A stretch of 64,000 nucleotides of DNA from Isurus oxyrinchus (GCA_026770705.1 JANJGN010000014.1:93372001-93436000); one strand, 5' to 3'; counted from the first letter of the stretch, positions 1 through 12,865 are shown. Translations and numbers: made by a program. The notes: generated from the sequence alone by a model not told the origin.

Positions 1-602
1 CTCCTGGCCTCTTCCCCCTTCTAACCCTCCCTTCCTCCTCAGGGGACATGCCTCCATTAGAAAGTTCAACTCCCATTCCCAGGCTAAGGGGAGGCTTCCT
101 GAAACCTGCAGGCCCAAAAACAATTCTTCACTGCAGGCTGCCGACCTGAATGTTGTGAGTCCAGACCAAGCAGCTGGTATGCGTTTTGAAGTATTGCAGC
201 TCACACAGGCAAGTATCAGTAACTTTGCAAATTAAATATTTGACAGAGCACACTCGCGACCCCAGTAAGCCCTTTTATCCCTCCCGTGGATGAGGTTTGT
301 ACAAATGTGTCCCACCCACCTGCCTGTTGCGCACGTGCAATGACCCCACCTGCCTGTTGCGCACGTGCAATGACCCGAAGATAGCACAGGCACCAAAAAA
401 ACACTGTCAATTGGCACCTCAAGGGCCTTCAGTGGCCCATTAATTAATGGTGGGTGCGCATTGGATATCATCACGTGCCCGCCCAACAAAATATGGCGAT
501 GGCGTGTGGTAACGTCGGGACGCTCGCCCGATGTCACTGCGCGTCATTTTATGCGTCGGCGTGCGGGTCCTGCCCCCGCACACCAACCGGAAAATTCTGC
601 CC
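1..602 (-). mobile_element. End of a PIF/Harbinger element (family 2), cut by the window start
   Basis: Ends in GGAAAATTCTGCCC at 589-602. The reverse complement of about 300-602 matches the left end of the transposase-bearing element at 48805-49060. Confidence 0.75.
315..376. repeat. 30-bp tandem duplication
   Basis: CCCACCTGCCTGTTGCGCACGTGCAATGAC occurs twice, head to tail. Confidence 0.9.
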
Positions 603-974
603 ATTATGTACAGATTATCTGGAGATTTATTGAATGAACCCCTTTTCTGTTTAGTTAATTACTTAAATGGTGTGGCATATAATCATACTGGGATAAAATC
701 AGTGGCTTAGGAGACGTTGGTAAACCCTGTAATCACAACTTTTGTATTGTTCTCAATTGCTGTTGTGAGGTGAAGGGAAACAGATATAATAGTTCACATT
801 GCTAACTTGACAGCAAGGATCTGAGCAAACCACGTTTACACTGATGCTTGACTGTTGCTGAATTTATATGGCAGATGGTTGGGTTAGTGGTAAAATTCAA
901 TGCCATCCCTTGTGGCATGATCAAAGAGGGCTTCTGTACAGTACAGGGCATCCTGGAGCAAGTGAGAGAATCCT

Positions 975-1150
975 TTGGTGGGAGAATCCAGAACAAGAGG
1001 CAGAATTTTAATATTAAAGCCAGAGCGTTTAGAAGTGAAATTAGGAAGTATTTTTTCAGACAAGGACAACAGAAATCTAAGCCCTCTTCATGTAAGGCTG
1101 TGGATGATGGATCAATTGTAATTTTCAAGGTTGGGGCCCAGATTTTGCAG
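975..1150 (+). mobile_element. CR1 LINE ORF2 3' fragment
   Basis: Translates to a decayed GESRTRG..NIKARAFRSEIRKYFF..KAVDDGSI..FK, the CR1 ORF2 C-terminal motif. A matching CR1 3' tail lies at 3035-3160. Confidence 0.7.
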
Positions 1151-1179
1151 GTGTGCAGAGATAGGAGAATGCCTAGATA

Positions 1180-1382
1180 AAAGAAAAATACTGTGGATGC
1201 TGGAAATCTAAAATAAAAACAGAAAATGCTGGAAAAACTCAGCAGGTCTGATAGTATCTGTGGAGAGAGAAACAGAGTTAACGTTTTGAGTCTTACAGAC
1301 TTGAAATTTTAACTCTGTTTCTTTCTCCACAGATGCTCTCAGACCTGCTGAGCTTTTTCCAGCATTTTCTGTTTTTATTTTG
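1180..1382. mobile_element. Palindromic Penelope-type terminal-repeat element
   Basis: The arm AAATAAAAACAGAAAATGCTGGAAAAACTCAGCAGGTCTG..AACGTTTTGAGTC and its reverse complement flank a 5-nt loop (TTACA). Same family as 56749-56975. Confidence 0.75.
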
Positions 1383-1399
1383 GAAGAATTCCTAACTCC

Positions 1400-2333
1400 G
1401 TGAACCCAACCTTGAAACATGGCTGCCTGGAGGATGGATTTTAGGTCTGTGAGGGTGGGTGGGGCGAGGAGGGGGAGCGGGGGGGGGGGGGGGGGGGCTG
1501 CGTGGGGGGGATGGGGTGGGACGCAGGCTGGATTAGAAGTTGGGGCGAGCGACCCAGAAAGAACCGAAGAGGCTGCCAGTTGCAGAGGCGGAGTGGATGG
1601 GAGACCTGCCTCGGGGACCCTGGCACTGTGTCCAAAGTTTACAAATAAAGAATAAAGCAAGAAATATAGTCCTCTCATTCCCTTCATGCTGACCGATGCC
1701 CCTCCAACCATCCTCATGGCCTTTCAAAGCTCTCCAAGAACTGTCAAAGAACTGTCAACGGATACTAGGTGAGTAGGCATGGAGGGGGGTAAGGAAAAAG
1801 GGTGGTGGGTGGGGTCACAATTTGGCATGAGTTGGCATCAAGTTTTCATAGGTGCCACAAGGGACCATAGGAATGTGGGGGGCATAAGGGGTATGAGGGG
1901 ACATGGGGGGTGGGTAGAGGGGCATGGGTTAGCATAGGCAGCATGAGAGGCTATGGGGAGGTTAGAGGGGCATGGGTTAGCATGGGGGTATGAGAGGCCA
2001 TGGGGGTGGATAGAGGAGCATAGTTGGCATGGGGGCATGAGGGGCCATGGGGTTGGGTGGGAGGGGCATGAAGTGGCATAGATTGGAATGGATGTGGCAT
2101 GGAGATTGTGTATGGAGGAATGAGGGATGAGGGTTGAAGGGCTCTTTCTTGTTTCAATCTTTTTATTGAATCAGGCCTTCCGCCCATCCCACTTCTGCAC
2201 CCGGCAGCTTCTGGGCTCATTCCAGGGGTGGGTGGCCTGTCTTCTAATCCAGCCCACTTCCCGGAATGCAAATCAGAACTGCAGGAATTCTCCCGTCTCT
2301 GCGCAACAGACCCAGGAATGAAAATCTGGGCCT
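1400..2333. mobile_element. Non-autonomous Harbinger-like element with a G-rich (GGCATG/GGGG) low-complexity core
   Basis: Right end is GAAAATCTGGGCC. The degenerate GGCATGGG repeats at 1770-2130 resemble 30530-31130 and 42680-43070. Confidence 0.5.
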
Positions 2334-2888
2334 AAGTTTTTAATGCAGACTTCACTATATTGAAAAACACTTCCATTCATAAAAACCCATTTACTAGATT
2401 TACATGCCTTCAACCAAATAAGGGCTTATAACAATAAACATTTCATTCATGTGCACAATCCCATATGACAATGAGCATTGGAATTCATTGTCCCACGTTA
2501 AAGAGCCTATAACCACTTGTAGCTATCAATCAAACTGTGAAATGGCTGGCACCCTGGCAGGCACTATGATACTGGCTGGTTTTGAAATTAGTAATGCAGC
2601 ACTAATCCAGCAATGGAAGTCCATTATGTCATTGGTTTATGTCAACAGAATGAAATGGCAAGCAATCATTCTTTTAACACACCAGACATTCTTTCAAAGA
2701 TTTAAAGGACAGGACTTTGAAATGCCTTGACAGCCTGAAGCTCCCTTTGATCGGTGTTTTTGATAGGTTGGCTTGACAGGTGCTTCTGACAATTTTGAAT
2801 GTTGATTTTGACAGGTCTATTGACAATTCCAATGAGCTTGACAGTAATGAGTTTATGTTCTTTTTATGCACACTTAAGCCTACTTTTA

Positions 2889-3030
2889 ATAGTTCCCTCT
2901 CCCAAAGGGCGACTGACCTACTCCAAAAGGCACTTGACCTCCACCAAAGGGTACCTTATCTACTCCAAAGGACAGCTAACCTCCCCAGAAGGGGTCCTGG
3001 GACTTGATCCAAAGAGGGACCTTACCTCTC
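2889..3030. repeat. Degenerate tandem repeat, unit about 20-22 bp
   Basis: Recurring CTCC(C/A)AAAGG..ACT(G/T)ACC units. Confidence 0.55.
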
Positions 3031-3874
3031 CCTATTGTTGGATAAAGGTATCAAGGGAAATGGTTCAAAGGAGCTGATGCAGAGATCAGCTTTGGCCTGG
3101 TTGAATGGCAGAACAGGCTTGAGAAGCTGAATAATCTACAAAAGATCCTATGTTACTATGCAAGTGACACCCAGGAACCTTTGGAATTGGAATCAGAAAA
3201 TTCGGCCCCCTGTTTCAGGAACTTCCCTAAAATAGAAAGATTGTCATTGAGGCATAGGGTCATAGAGCAGGGATTTCTCTCGGTGGGGAGAAACAAAGGT
3301 TGGAACCATTTCCAGGCCCAGAGCACACCCTCAGTGGGAAACAGTCACCTGCCCAATTGTCATAAGAATGCCCTTTAATTGGCCTGATGATGGATTCACC
3401 ATCCAATGAAACTCGGCAGATGGGCTCTTGAAGCTGAAGGTCTAATCAGAGGCCTTCCAGCTTGAAAGGAACAGCAAGTTAAAATGGAGGATAAGAAAGA
3501 GAGAGGGCACTTCAAGATGGAGGCACTCTCTCTCCAACTTTAGACTCTTTGATGTGGGGCTATTATTTCCAGTGCTGTGCATATGATTGAAATGTTTGTT
3601 GCTATAAGAACTTATTTGGTTGAAGGCATGTAAATCTAGTAAATGGGTTTTTATGAATGAGAGTGTTCCACAGAACATAAAGGCCTTATGTCACATAGCT
3701 CCATGGGTATACTGAAAGATGATCTGGTGGCTTGGTTATTTGCAGGAGGAGCTGGTTCCCTCACGGTACCCATAAGTCTAGTTTTCCAAGTAGTCAATTA
3801 TTTCTCCTCCTCTTCCTCCTCTAACAAATAAGTGATAATGATGGAAACACCCATGGGAGAAGACTATTCAGCCA

Positions 3875-4242
3875 ATCTGGAGATTTGATTAAGGTGTACA
3901 AGATTATTTCAGGTTTAGATAAGGGAGACAGAAAAAATGGCCCCGATAAGTATTTGTACAAGAACTAGGGGACACAAATATAAGCTGTTGCACAAAAGTT
4001 GCGGGGGGGTGGGGTGGGTTTTGAGGAAGAACTTTTTAATGCAATGAGTGGCAATGACCTGGAACTCGCTGTTTATGAGACTGGTGGAAGCAGAGATGAT
4101 CAATTATTTCCAAAGGAAATTAGATAGATACTTACCTCGCAGGGCTACGGGATGGAGTAGAGGAATGATGCTGACTGTATTGCTCCACAGAAAGCTGACA
4201 TGAGCTCGATGGGCCAAATGGCTTTCTTCTCAGTGATAATGA
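3875..4242 (+). mobile_element. CR1 LINE 3' end
   Basis: GDLIKVYKII.GLD..RTRGHKYK motif followed by the CR1 3' hairpin region GATGGGCCAAATGGC. Confidence 0.75.
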
Positions 4243-4244
4243 TG

Positions 4245-4907
4245 GCAGGGTCAGATTCAAGGCAGGTAGGTTCTAAAAATAGCCCTGCCACTGGCATGTT
4301 GGTTCCCTGGCTCCATCCCACATCTGGGATATGTTCGTAGAAGTGGGATTGGGGTGTGGTAGGGCCAACCCTGACACCCTGACACAGCTCATTAAAAGCG
4401 TTTTGTGGCCAAATAAATGAAACCAATTGAAATCTTCCAGTCAGCGTCTGGGTCCCCACAGACAGTGGGGCCAATTTAGGTGCTTGGAGTTGGCTTCCCT
4501 GTGGCAGAATGGGGGGTGAGAGGCAGCCATTCAGGCAGATCTAGAGGCCCTCCAAGTCCATCTGGGTGCAGGAACAGCCACAGGTTTCCCTGTCAAAGGA
4601 AATTCCCCCAGCAGCAATGGCCAAACTGCAAGATCAATTTTTTATTTTAAAAACTTAAATAAAGTTGGAGAGAAAGTGCCTCCAATTTGAACTGCCCTCT
4701 CTCTTTCTTACCCTCCATTGCAGCTTGCTGCTCCTTTCAAGCTGAAAGGCCTCTGATTAGACTTACAGCTTCAAGAGCCCATCAGCAGAGTTTCATTAGA
4801 TGGTGAATCCATTTATTGGGCTGGTGACTGTTTCCCACTGAGGGTGTGTTTGGGGCCCGGAAATGATTCCGACCTTTGTTTCTTGCCACCAAGAGAAATT
4901 TCTGCCC
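4245..4907. mobile_element. Harbinger-type MITE (family 3)
   Basis: Right TIR AAATTTCTGCCC. Interior resembles 23625-24270, 39195-39961 and 61030-61722. Confidence 0.55.
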
Positions 4908-4962
4908 TGTGACCCTATGCCTCTATGTCAATCTTTCTATTTTAGGAAATCCCTGAAACAGG

Positions 4963-6228
4963 GGGTAGAATTTTCTGCCCCAATTGGTGTTGGACATCAT
5001 GGTGGGAAGGCCAAAAATTGGTTTCATTGTGTCATGAAACCAGTTTGTGATTGTCTGTCCCACCCATCAATGGCAGGCCATGTTTCCTGCCAACGCACAT
5101 CAGGAATGTCATTTCAATACATCTGCATATAATTATGAGCCCTGCTTGCCGGAAATATCCACCCACGTTGGATCATCTGGGCATGTCAGCGTGATTGCAC
5201 GCCAACAAATTTCATAACTGTACATAAGCGACCTGCACCTGCCGAGCTGCACTTCGCTCGGCACTTCAAGTCTCATTTACCAACCTCGTTTCGGGCAGCG
5301 CTTGTGGTCATCAGCGCCAGGCTTCATAGGCAGCACCATATCACTTTTAGGGGGGCTCACGGGCAGGTCTCTACCTACCAGACCAGCCATAAGGCCGGGG
5401 TGGCTTTTCAATGGCTGCATGGCTAGGGCTTGCTTGGGGAAGGGGGACAGATGGCTTTAGACAAGGGAAGAGGCTGCAGAGTGAGGGCTGTACTGAGGAA
5501 GGGGGCTATTCAAGGTTGTGTGCGGTGGCACATGTTGATCTGTGAAAGTGGCCTCAAGATGGTGAGGGCTGAGTAGGCAGACTCCAGAGGAGATGAGGCC
5601 AGGTGGAGATGTGAGTGTGTATGAGAGAGTGAGTGATGCTGTCCCTTGAGCTGGCAGTGAGTGAGATGCCCGTGAAAGTGTGATTGCTTTGTGAGTGTGT
5701 GAGCTTAGAGTGATAAGATGGTTGCCTTACCCTGGCAGCATGGATAAGATCATTCATCCTCTTTCTGAACTGTATGGCTAGCCTCTTCTGTGCTGTGTTG
5801 GCACTAGCCACCACTGCCACCACCTCCCAAGCTAGAGTGGTGAGATTATTGGACGTCCTGTGGCCAGAGAAGGGGTGGAGTACATCATGGCGGGCCCCTG
5901 AAAGACATTCCAGTGATAGGTCACGGAGCTTTCCTTGGCTTTCAGGGCCATGTCTTCACTGGAGCAGCCCTGGGTTGCAAGCATTGAGAAATGTGTGCGT
6001 GGCTACAGTTTAGATATTGCACCCAGAGTGAAGAAACAGTGAAGTAATAGCGTGGCGGATGATTCAGAGGCTGCCCGCCAGTGAGACGGCATGTATCCTA
6101 TAGCTGCTTAATTAATGAGGTGGGAAGTAGGCGATATGGCATGAAAACCTGCCATTGAGGCTAAAGGGTAAAATGCTCTTTTACGTGGTCACTACTGCAC
6201 TTAGTGCAAATCTGGGACGATTCCGCCA
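4963..6228 (-). mobile_element. Non-autonomous Harbinger family-1 deletion derivative (about 1.27 kb)
   Basis: Termini GGGTAGAATTTTC and GGGACGATTCCGCC. Colinear in reverse with 47845-50237 once that element's nested insert is removed. Confidence 0.8.
5731..5951 (-). pseudogene. Harbinger Myb/SANT-like ORF, exon 1 remnant
   Basis: WEVVAVVASANTAQKRLAIQFRKRMNDLIHAAR followed by a GTAAG donor. Confidence 0.75.
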
Positions 6229-6829
6229 AAGGAATGGTCTTGGGGAGCCTTTTAAGTCAAACCAGTTGACACCAAAATATAGGCAAAAATGTCTTCACAA
6301 AAGACCAATCCAAAGTAAAGTGATTAACTTTTTTTCTTTATTCTTCTATGGGATGCTGGCTTCACTGGCGTTTGTTGCCTAGGTAAAGCATGTGGGAAGA
6401 TTCTATTTCACTTGTTTAATAGGAAGTCAGGAACAGCAAGTTGAGCATGGCTTTTTTTTACCTCTTTCTCCCTGGTTTACATCTGGCACATTCCCTCTTC
6501 AGCACTTTAAACACTTTCTTCCTCCAAAACACATGCTTTTCCAACAGAAGCTTGGCAAACTGATGTAACTCATTCCACTCACCTAGTACTGCCACCCTTA
6601 CAAACAGACACTAACACTAACCTGTGTCTATCTGGTAGCAACTACTAAGCATTTCACTTCTCTGCTGACTGATTTCACATTTCATAGTAGAGCAATGTTC
6701 TTGCAGATGATCAACTCCCCATGCTACTCGCACTTGCTGCTTCTCCCTCTCAGCATGTACCATAAATGAACCTACTTCATGCAGTTGCTCAAACCTTTAC
6801 AACAACCATTTACTCACTCCCTCCCTTCT

Positions 6830-6965
6830 GCAGGAGAAGCTGGCTCACAAAAACCCAAGAGGTGACCAGAACCAGGAGAGAGCCAATCTCCATCCAGACT
6901 CTCACCCAGATGGAGGAGGAATCTGAATACATGATAAGGGACTGCTGGCAATGTCGAGGCTGAAG
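6830..6965 (+). pseudogene. Older Harbinger Myb/SANT exon 2 remnant
   Basis: CTGCAG|EKLAHK..RT..PISIQTLTQMEE matches exon 2 at 13685, 21482, 26229 and 41891. Confidence 0.55.
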
Positions 6966-7749
6966 GACTTGCTCAAAAGTATGTCTACCTATTAATGATA
7001 CCATTTTCTCAAAGAATAACATGTACAGGCAATGTGGCAGTCTGCTGCTGTAAAGTGCTGCCATCTCCTGCTACTGCCTAGCCTTTTCATGCCATGTTAA
7101 TCCTTGTTCCTTTCCTCTTTTTCTAGATTTATCTGAAAACCTGGACTCTGCGAGTTGGAGAGAGACAATTGTCCCAAGAAGCACAATCCTTTGCTGTATC
7201 CCTCCCAAGTTCCAGCATGCAAATAAGCAAGTCCTTGAAATCCTGGGATTGTATCAAAAGTGTATGTGACATAATGGGTTTCTTCCCTCATTTCATGCCT
7301 GGAAACAAACAATGCCCAGTCACCCCAGAGAGGGATATCAGGATCACTGTGTATTTCTAATTCTCCTTTCTGTTTCGGATTTTCAACATTTCCAGTGTTT
7401 TTTCTGTCACAACATGAATTAATTGTCTGGATGTTGAGGAAGACAGTGGTGACACAGCTGCTCTCCATCTCACAAATATTCAACAATTATTCTATACAGT
7501 GTTTGCTCACCCATAATACCTTGCTTTGTCTTTAAATCTACATTCAGCACACAGCAGCCAGGTGAGTTTATGCAATCAGACAAATCTTTTAACCACCATT
7601 CTCTTTAGGTATTAGCATAAGTACTGCCCGTGGCTCACAGCCACAGTGGGCAACAACCCTGGTTCAAAAATTTGCTTCAAATGGGGAAGTTTGGCCTCTC
7701 AGGAGATTATGCAAATGGTCACATTACTCTATAACAGCTGTGTTTTTAA

Positions 7750-7865
7750 TTATTAATTGATTTTCTGGGATTGGGCATCTCCCATAAGGCTGACATTTGT
7801 TGCAAATCCCTAGTTGTCCTAAGAAGGTGATGGTGAGTCTTCGTGTATCCAATTATCTCAATGGA
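7750..7865 (-). mobile_element. 3' tail fragment of a CR1/L2-superfamily LINE
   Basis: Reverse complement resembles the 3' end of the LINE at 57600-57707. Similar pieces lie at 6330-6385 and 25036-25125. Confidence 0.55.
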
Positions 7866-8426
7866 TTTATAAAAAACTGGGCGGAATTGTCCCAGTATTG
7901 CAATAAGTGCGGTAGCGGGCGTGAAAATGACATTTTGCCTGCTGGCCACGATGGGGGGTTTTTGTGCTCTGTTGTCCCTTTCCCGCCTCATAAATTATGC
8001 AGTCACAAGAAACACACCATCTCACTGGCTGGTGGCCTCTGATTTGCCCGTCACAACATTACCCCACTGCTTCCTCACTCTGGGTGCCGTATTTAGGACA
8101 GCAGCTGTGTCACCACTGTCTTCCTCAACATCCAGACAATTAATTCATGTTGGGACAGAAAAAACACTGGAAATGTTGAAAATCTGAAACAGAAAAGAGA
8201 ATTGGAAATACGCAGGGATCCTGATATCCCTCTCTGGGGTGACTGGGCATTGTTTGTTTCCAGGCATGAAAATGAGGGAAGGAATCCATTATGTCACATA
8301 CACCTTTGATACAATCCCAGGATTTCAAGGACTTGCTTATTTGTGTGCTGGAGTTTGGGAGGGATACAGCAAAGAATTGTGCAGCAGTGCACACAGTTCT
8401 CAATGCACAGCCCAGGACCACTCCAG

Positions 8427-8725
8427 TTTTATACTTTTGGGTATCAGGTTCCCTTTGTCTGGTGAATGCTAGCTGCCCCCTTGATATTAAAATATTAGTT
8501 GGTGCTTGAAACAATATAGGCAGAAAGACCAATTAACTGAACAAACACTGGCGGTTTATTGGAACTAAGAACAGAGCACTAACACCATGCGTGCTTCTTC
8601 AATCAGCTCCAGCTGTAGAACTACCATTACCCAAGAAGGCCACACTGTGTAGCGATTGATCAATACAGTCACATGGTCAACTAACTACATTCTCTTAATG
8701 GTACATAGTATTCCACTGTACCACA
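8427..8725 (-). repeat. 3' LTR of the Gypsy element
   Basis: Direct repeat of 12880-13166. Starts TGTGGT on the minus strand immediately after the PPT. Confidence 0.9.
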
Positions 8726-8738
8726 TCCCTCCTCCTTT
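8726..8738 (-). other. Polypurine tract
   Basis: AAAGGAGGAGGGA on the minus strand, abutting the 3' LTR. Confidence 0.85.
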
Positions 8739-8799
8739 ACTTGAAATTACAATTGACAAGCATCACAACATCCCAATTATTTACATGAGTAACTTATGA

Positions 8800-11700
8800 G
8801 TCAAGTCTCTCAGGAGGCTTCCTCAGAAGTGTTGAGTGTCGTAGCTCAATGGCCTTGGCTGATTTTTCCGAGACCCCATTCTCAGTGGTCAACTGTACAG
8901 CAGGCTCTTCGGTGGAAGTGGGCAACTTTGTGTCTTCGACCTGCTCGGGTCCAACAGGCCCCACCAGTACTTCCAAATCATGTGATATTTCTTCCACATG
9001 TGGTGCAGACTCAAACGTAAATGATGATGGCATTCCTTCTTGTGGGGCTGCCTCTCTTCTCCGGAGATAATCCATGTATCATCTAATTATTCTGCCATTT
9101 ACCGACCCATTAAGTCATGGCACTCACTTCACCTAACAGCCAATTGGGCCCATCTCCAAAGTTCTTCGCGAGAACTGTGTCTCCCACCATGAAATTTCTT
9201 TCATGATTATGGCCATAATGTCTAGCCTTCTGGGCCTCTTGACTTCTCTCTACCCTCCCCTCTATATTCGGCCTGATAAGAGTTAGGCAGGTGCAGAGAC
9301 GACCTTCATTAGTAATTCAGTGGGGGTGATACCGGTGGCTGTGTGTGGCATTGTCTGGTAGGTGAACAGGAACCAGGACAATCTGGTGCTAATGGAATAG
9401 CCATCCAGCTTTTTCATCCCGGACTTAAAAGTTTGGACTGCCCACTCAGCAAACCATTAGAGGCGGGGTGGTAAGGCAAGGTTTTGATATGAATTATTCT
9501 GTTGAAGGTTGTAAACCTGTGGAGCTCCCCACTGGTAAATGCAGTCTCGTTGTCTGATTGGAGCACTGCTGGTAACCCGTACACTACAAAACTCTGTTAC
9601 AAATGGCCTATGGGGGCAGGTGACTGGACTTTGTAGACATCCATCCACTTAGAGTGGGCATCCATTAGTAAAAGGAACATCGTGCACAAGAAGGGCCCCA
9701 CGTAATTGATGTGGAGGCACACCCATGCCTGCCCCGGCATTTCCTAGGAGTGCAATGGTGCTAAGGGGGGTAGTTTTTGAACCTGCTGGCATTGAAGACA
9801 ACTTTTGTCTAGGGTTTTGATGTCTGGATCTATCCCTAGCCCCCACAAGTAGCTGTGTGTGAGCATTTTCATCCTACTAATGCCAGGGTGAGCGCTATGT
9901 AACTCGGTCAGTAATGGCCTTCACTCTCTCGGGGGCACGATATCCCTTGCTTCCCAGAGCAACATGCTGTCCTGGCAGGTGAGTTCATATCTGCAATTGA
10001 AATAGGGCTTCATGTCATCAGACTTTGGCTCGCCTGACCATCCATTCAAGACCTATCTCGGATGTGAGATAAAAGTGGATTCAGCTTGCCACTCACAGAT
10101 TTGTTTGGCCTGGACAGAGAGGAATCCAAAGAATTTAGCACAAGACAAGTTCCTGGGGAATTGGAACCTACACGTTATCTAGCAGGAGGGAGCAGCTTAG
10201 CATGTCAGCATGTGCAATCTGGCTTCCCAATTGGTGAATAAAAGTATATTTGTAAGCAGCCAATATCAGTGCCCACCTCTGGATGTGAGCAGATGCGATG
10301 TGGGGTATCGCCTTATCCTCCCCAAATAACCCCAGCAGAGGCTTGTGGTTGGATACAATGTGAAAATGGCGACCGTGGAGGTATTGATGGAATTTCTGAA
10401 CACCAAACACAACAGACAAGTCCTCCTTCTCAATTGGAGAATATTGTCACTCTGCAGCACTGAGTATGTGAGGTGTATAACCAATGGATCATTTGGAGCC
10501 AGCCGCCATCTAATGTGAAAGTATAGCCCCTACTCCAGAAGGGCATGTGTCACAAGTTGAAATCAATTATTTTCTTTGGGTCAAAGTGGACTAGTAGGGC
10601 TGATGATCTTAAAAGTTGCTTTACATTCGGAAATGCATCCTAGTGCGGAGTTTGCCAAATCCAATTTTTGGTTTCTCCTAAGCAATGCGTATAATGGAAC
10701 CAGTACAGTTGATAGATTTTGGAGAAATCGCCCATAGTAGTTTATCATGCCTAAGAAGGCCTTTAGTTCTGTAGTGTTTCCTGGTGCAGGTACCTTGTGA
10801 TTAGCCTTGACCTTTCCTTCCACGGGAGGCAGGCCTTATGGCTCAAGTAGACTACCTCTGGCTTGGAAAACACATTTTCTCGCTGCAAGCACACCCCGGC
10901 TTATGAGAAGCATTTCAGCACCTCCTCCAAATTAGCTAAGTTTTCTTTGTCAGTCCATCCAGTGACTAAGACCTCATCCAAATAAACAATGACATGGGGC
11001 AGTCCCTGAAGCAGGTAATGTATGGTACGCTGGAAAATAGCACATGCTGATGAGACCCCAAAGGGTAGTCGAGTATATTGATACAATCCTTGATGTGTAT
11101 TAATGGTCACGAATTCCCTAGAGCCTTCTTCTAACTCTACCTGCTGGTAGGCATGGCTCATATCATGTTTTGAATATGTGATACCCCTGCCAATTTTGAG
11201 TATATTTCATCAATCTTTGGTATCGGGTGTCTATCAAGTTTGGCCACTTTGTTTACAGTTAACTTATAGTCACCGCATAAGCGAACACTTTGGTCTGGCT
11301 TCAGTATAATGGGTGCTGCCCACTCGGAAAATTGCACTGGTTGTGAGATACCCAACTTTTCCAGCCTGTTTATCTTGGCCTCACCCTTGTCTCATAGTGC
11401 ATAAGAGACTGGTCTGGCTCTGATAAATCTGGAGATTGTGTTAGGGCCCACATAGAATTTGGCTTATAGTCCACGAATCCTTTCTAGCTCATCACTGAAA
11501 ATGGAAGCGTACTTTTGTAACAATTCCTGTTAGCTTCTCATTCTGGTTTGAAAAATCTCGGCCCATTGCAATTTAATCTTTTTGAGCCAGTTGCGATCAA
11601 TTAAATTGGGGCTCACCTCAGCTACTACTATAAGGTGTAAATTTGTAGACTGATCCCCTACTGCACCAAGACTTGACATATCCATATCACCTATATTTCT

Positions 11701-12758
11701 TCGCCTGTATATGCTTTTAATTTAGTCTCTGATGCTTCCAAACCTAAAGGATGCACTCCTTTATTTAAGTATCTGAACGTATGTTCTCCTATGACAGACA
11801 TTGATGCCTCGGTATCGACCTCCAACTTGATGGGTTGTTCATTGGCTCTAATGACTACCTGGAATTGCTCAGTTTTACCCACTTACAGGTTGTATAATGA
11901 ATAGATGTCAGATTCTGCCTCCCCTGGTCCTTCAATGAGACAGATTTTGTGATTTCTACCTTTGTTTTTAAAATGCTGTCTCAGCCTATCCTGACGGTGC
12001 CACATTATGTGACCGTTGTGGTGGCAGAAAAAGCATTCGATATTTCTGAACTGTCGATTGGCTGCAGGCTGTCTAGATGCATTTCTCTCATTAATGTGTG
12101 GGTTTTCACTGCAGTACTGTTGCTCTTCAATGGTCTGTACATAGTGGGCATTCCCCATCTTTCTGCGGAGTCCAACATTTTTGCGCCTTTTGTTCCCGGT
12201 CCTTCCTGCCGTACAAGATGGACGGTGTCATTTTGTGTATCTTTTATTGCCTCCGAGTCTCTAACAGTGCTCTCCATGGCTTTTGCCAATTCTAATGCCT
12301 TACTGAAGTTTAGGTTAGTCTCAGATAGCAATCGCTTTTGAATAGCATCTCCCCTGATTCCACGTATCAATCGGTCTCTTAATATGTCCTTGATTGGAGT
12401 TCTGAACTCACAATATTCGTTCATTCCTTTAAAGCAGCTACATAGCCAGCGTTTGTCTCTCCTGGAAGCTTATTCCTTGAATTGAATTTAAAATGCTGCA
12501 TAGTGACTGAGGGCTTTGGCTTCAGGTAGTTTTTAACAATATTTACTAACTCGTTGAAAGTCTTTGTATCGTGGGTGTTAGGTGACGTGAGGCTGTGGAT
12601 CAGCCCATAAGGTTTGCTCCCGTGTGAGGACTAAAGAATCTCCCTCTTCTTGCCTTCCCCCACGATGTTAGCAGTAAAGAAGAACGCTAGGTATTCAACA
12701 TACTGAGACCAGTCATCGGAAACGGGTCAAATGGTTCAAGATGCTCAAACTACAGCAT
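8800..12758 (-). pseudogene. Gypsy gag-pol pseudogene (frameshifts and stops)
   Basis: gag CEF..LRDRLIRGI; zinc knuckle CFFCHHNGH; protease LEVDTEA; RT RLCGDYK/YTRLPFG/YLDE; RNase H NHKPLLGL..IQRWAL; integrase DAHSKW/SDNETAFTS/PYHPASNG. Confidence 0.9.
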
Positions 12759-12865
12759 TCTCAATGACTAAGGAGACTGCGTTTTCAAACAGCTTTCAAG
12801 GTAATGGCGAAGTAACATAGTCGGCTTACCACAGCTTTCTTGATTGCTGTTAATTGATTCAGTTT

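Noticed and set aside
1208-1717. 169-aa ORF
   Set aside because: It spans a poly-G tract and a palindromic repeat and has no domain signature.
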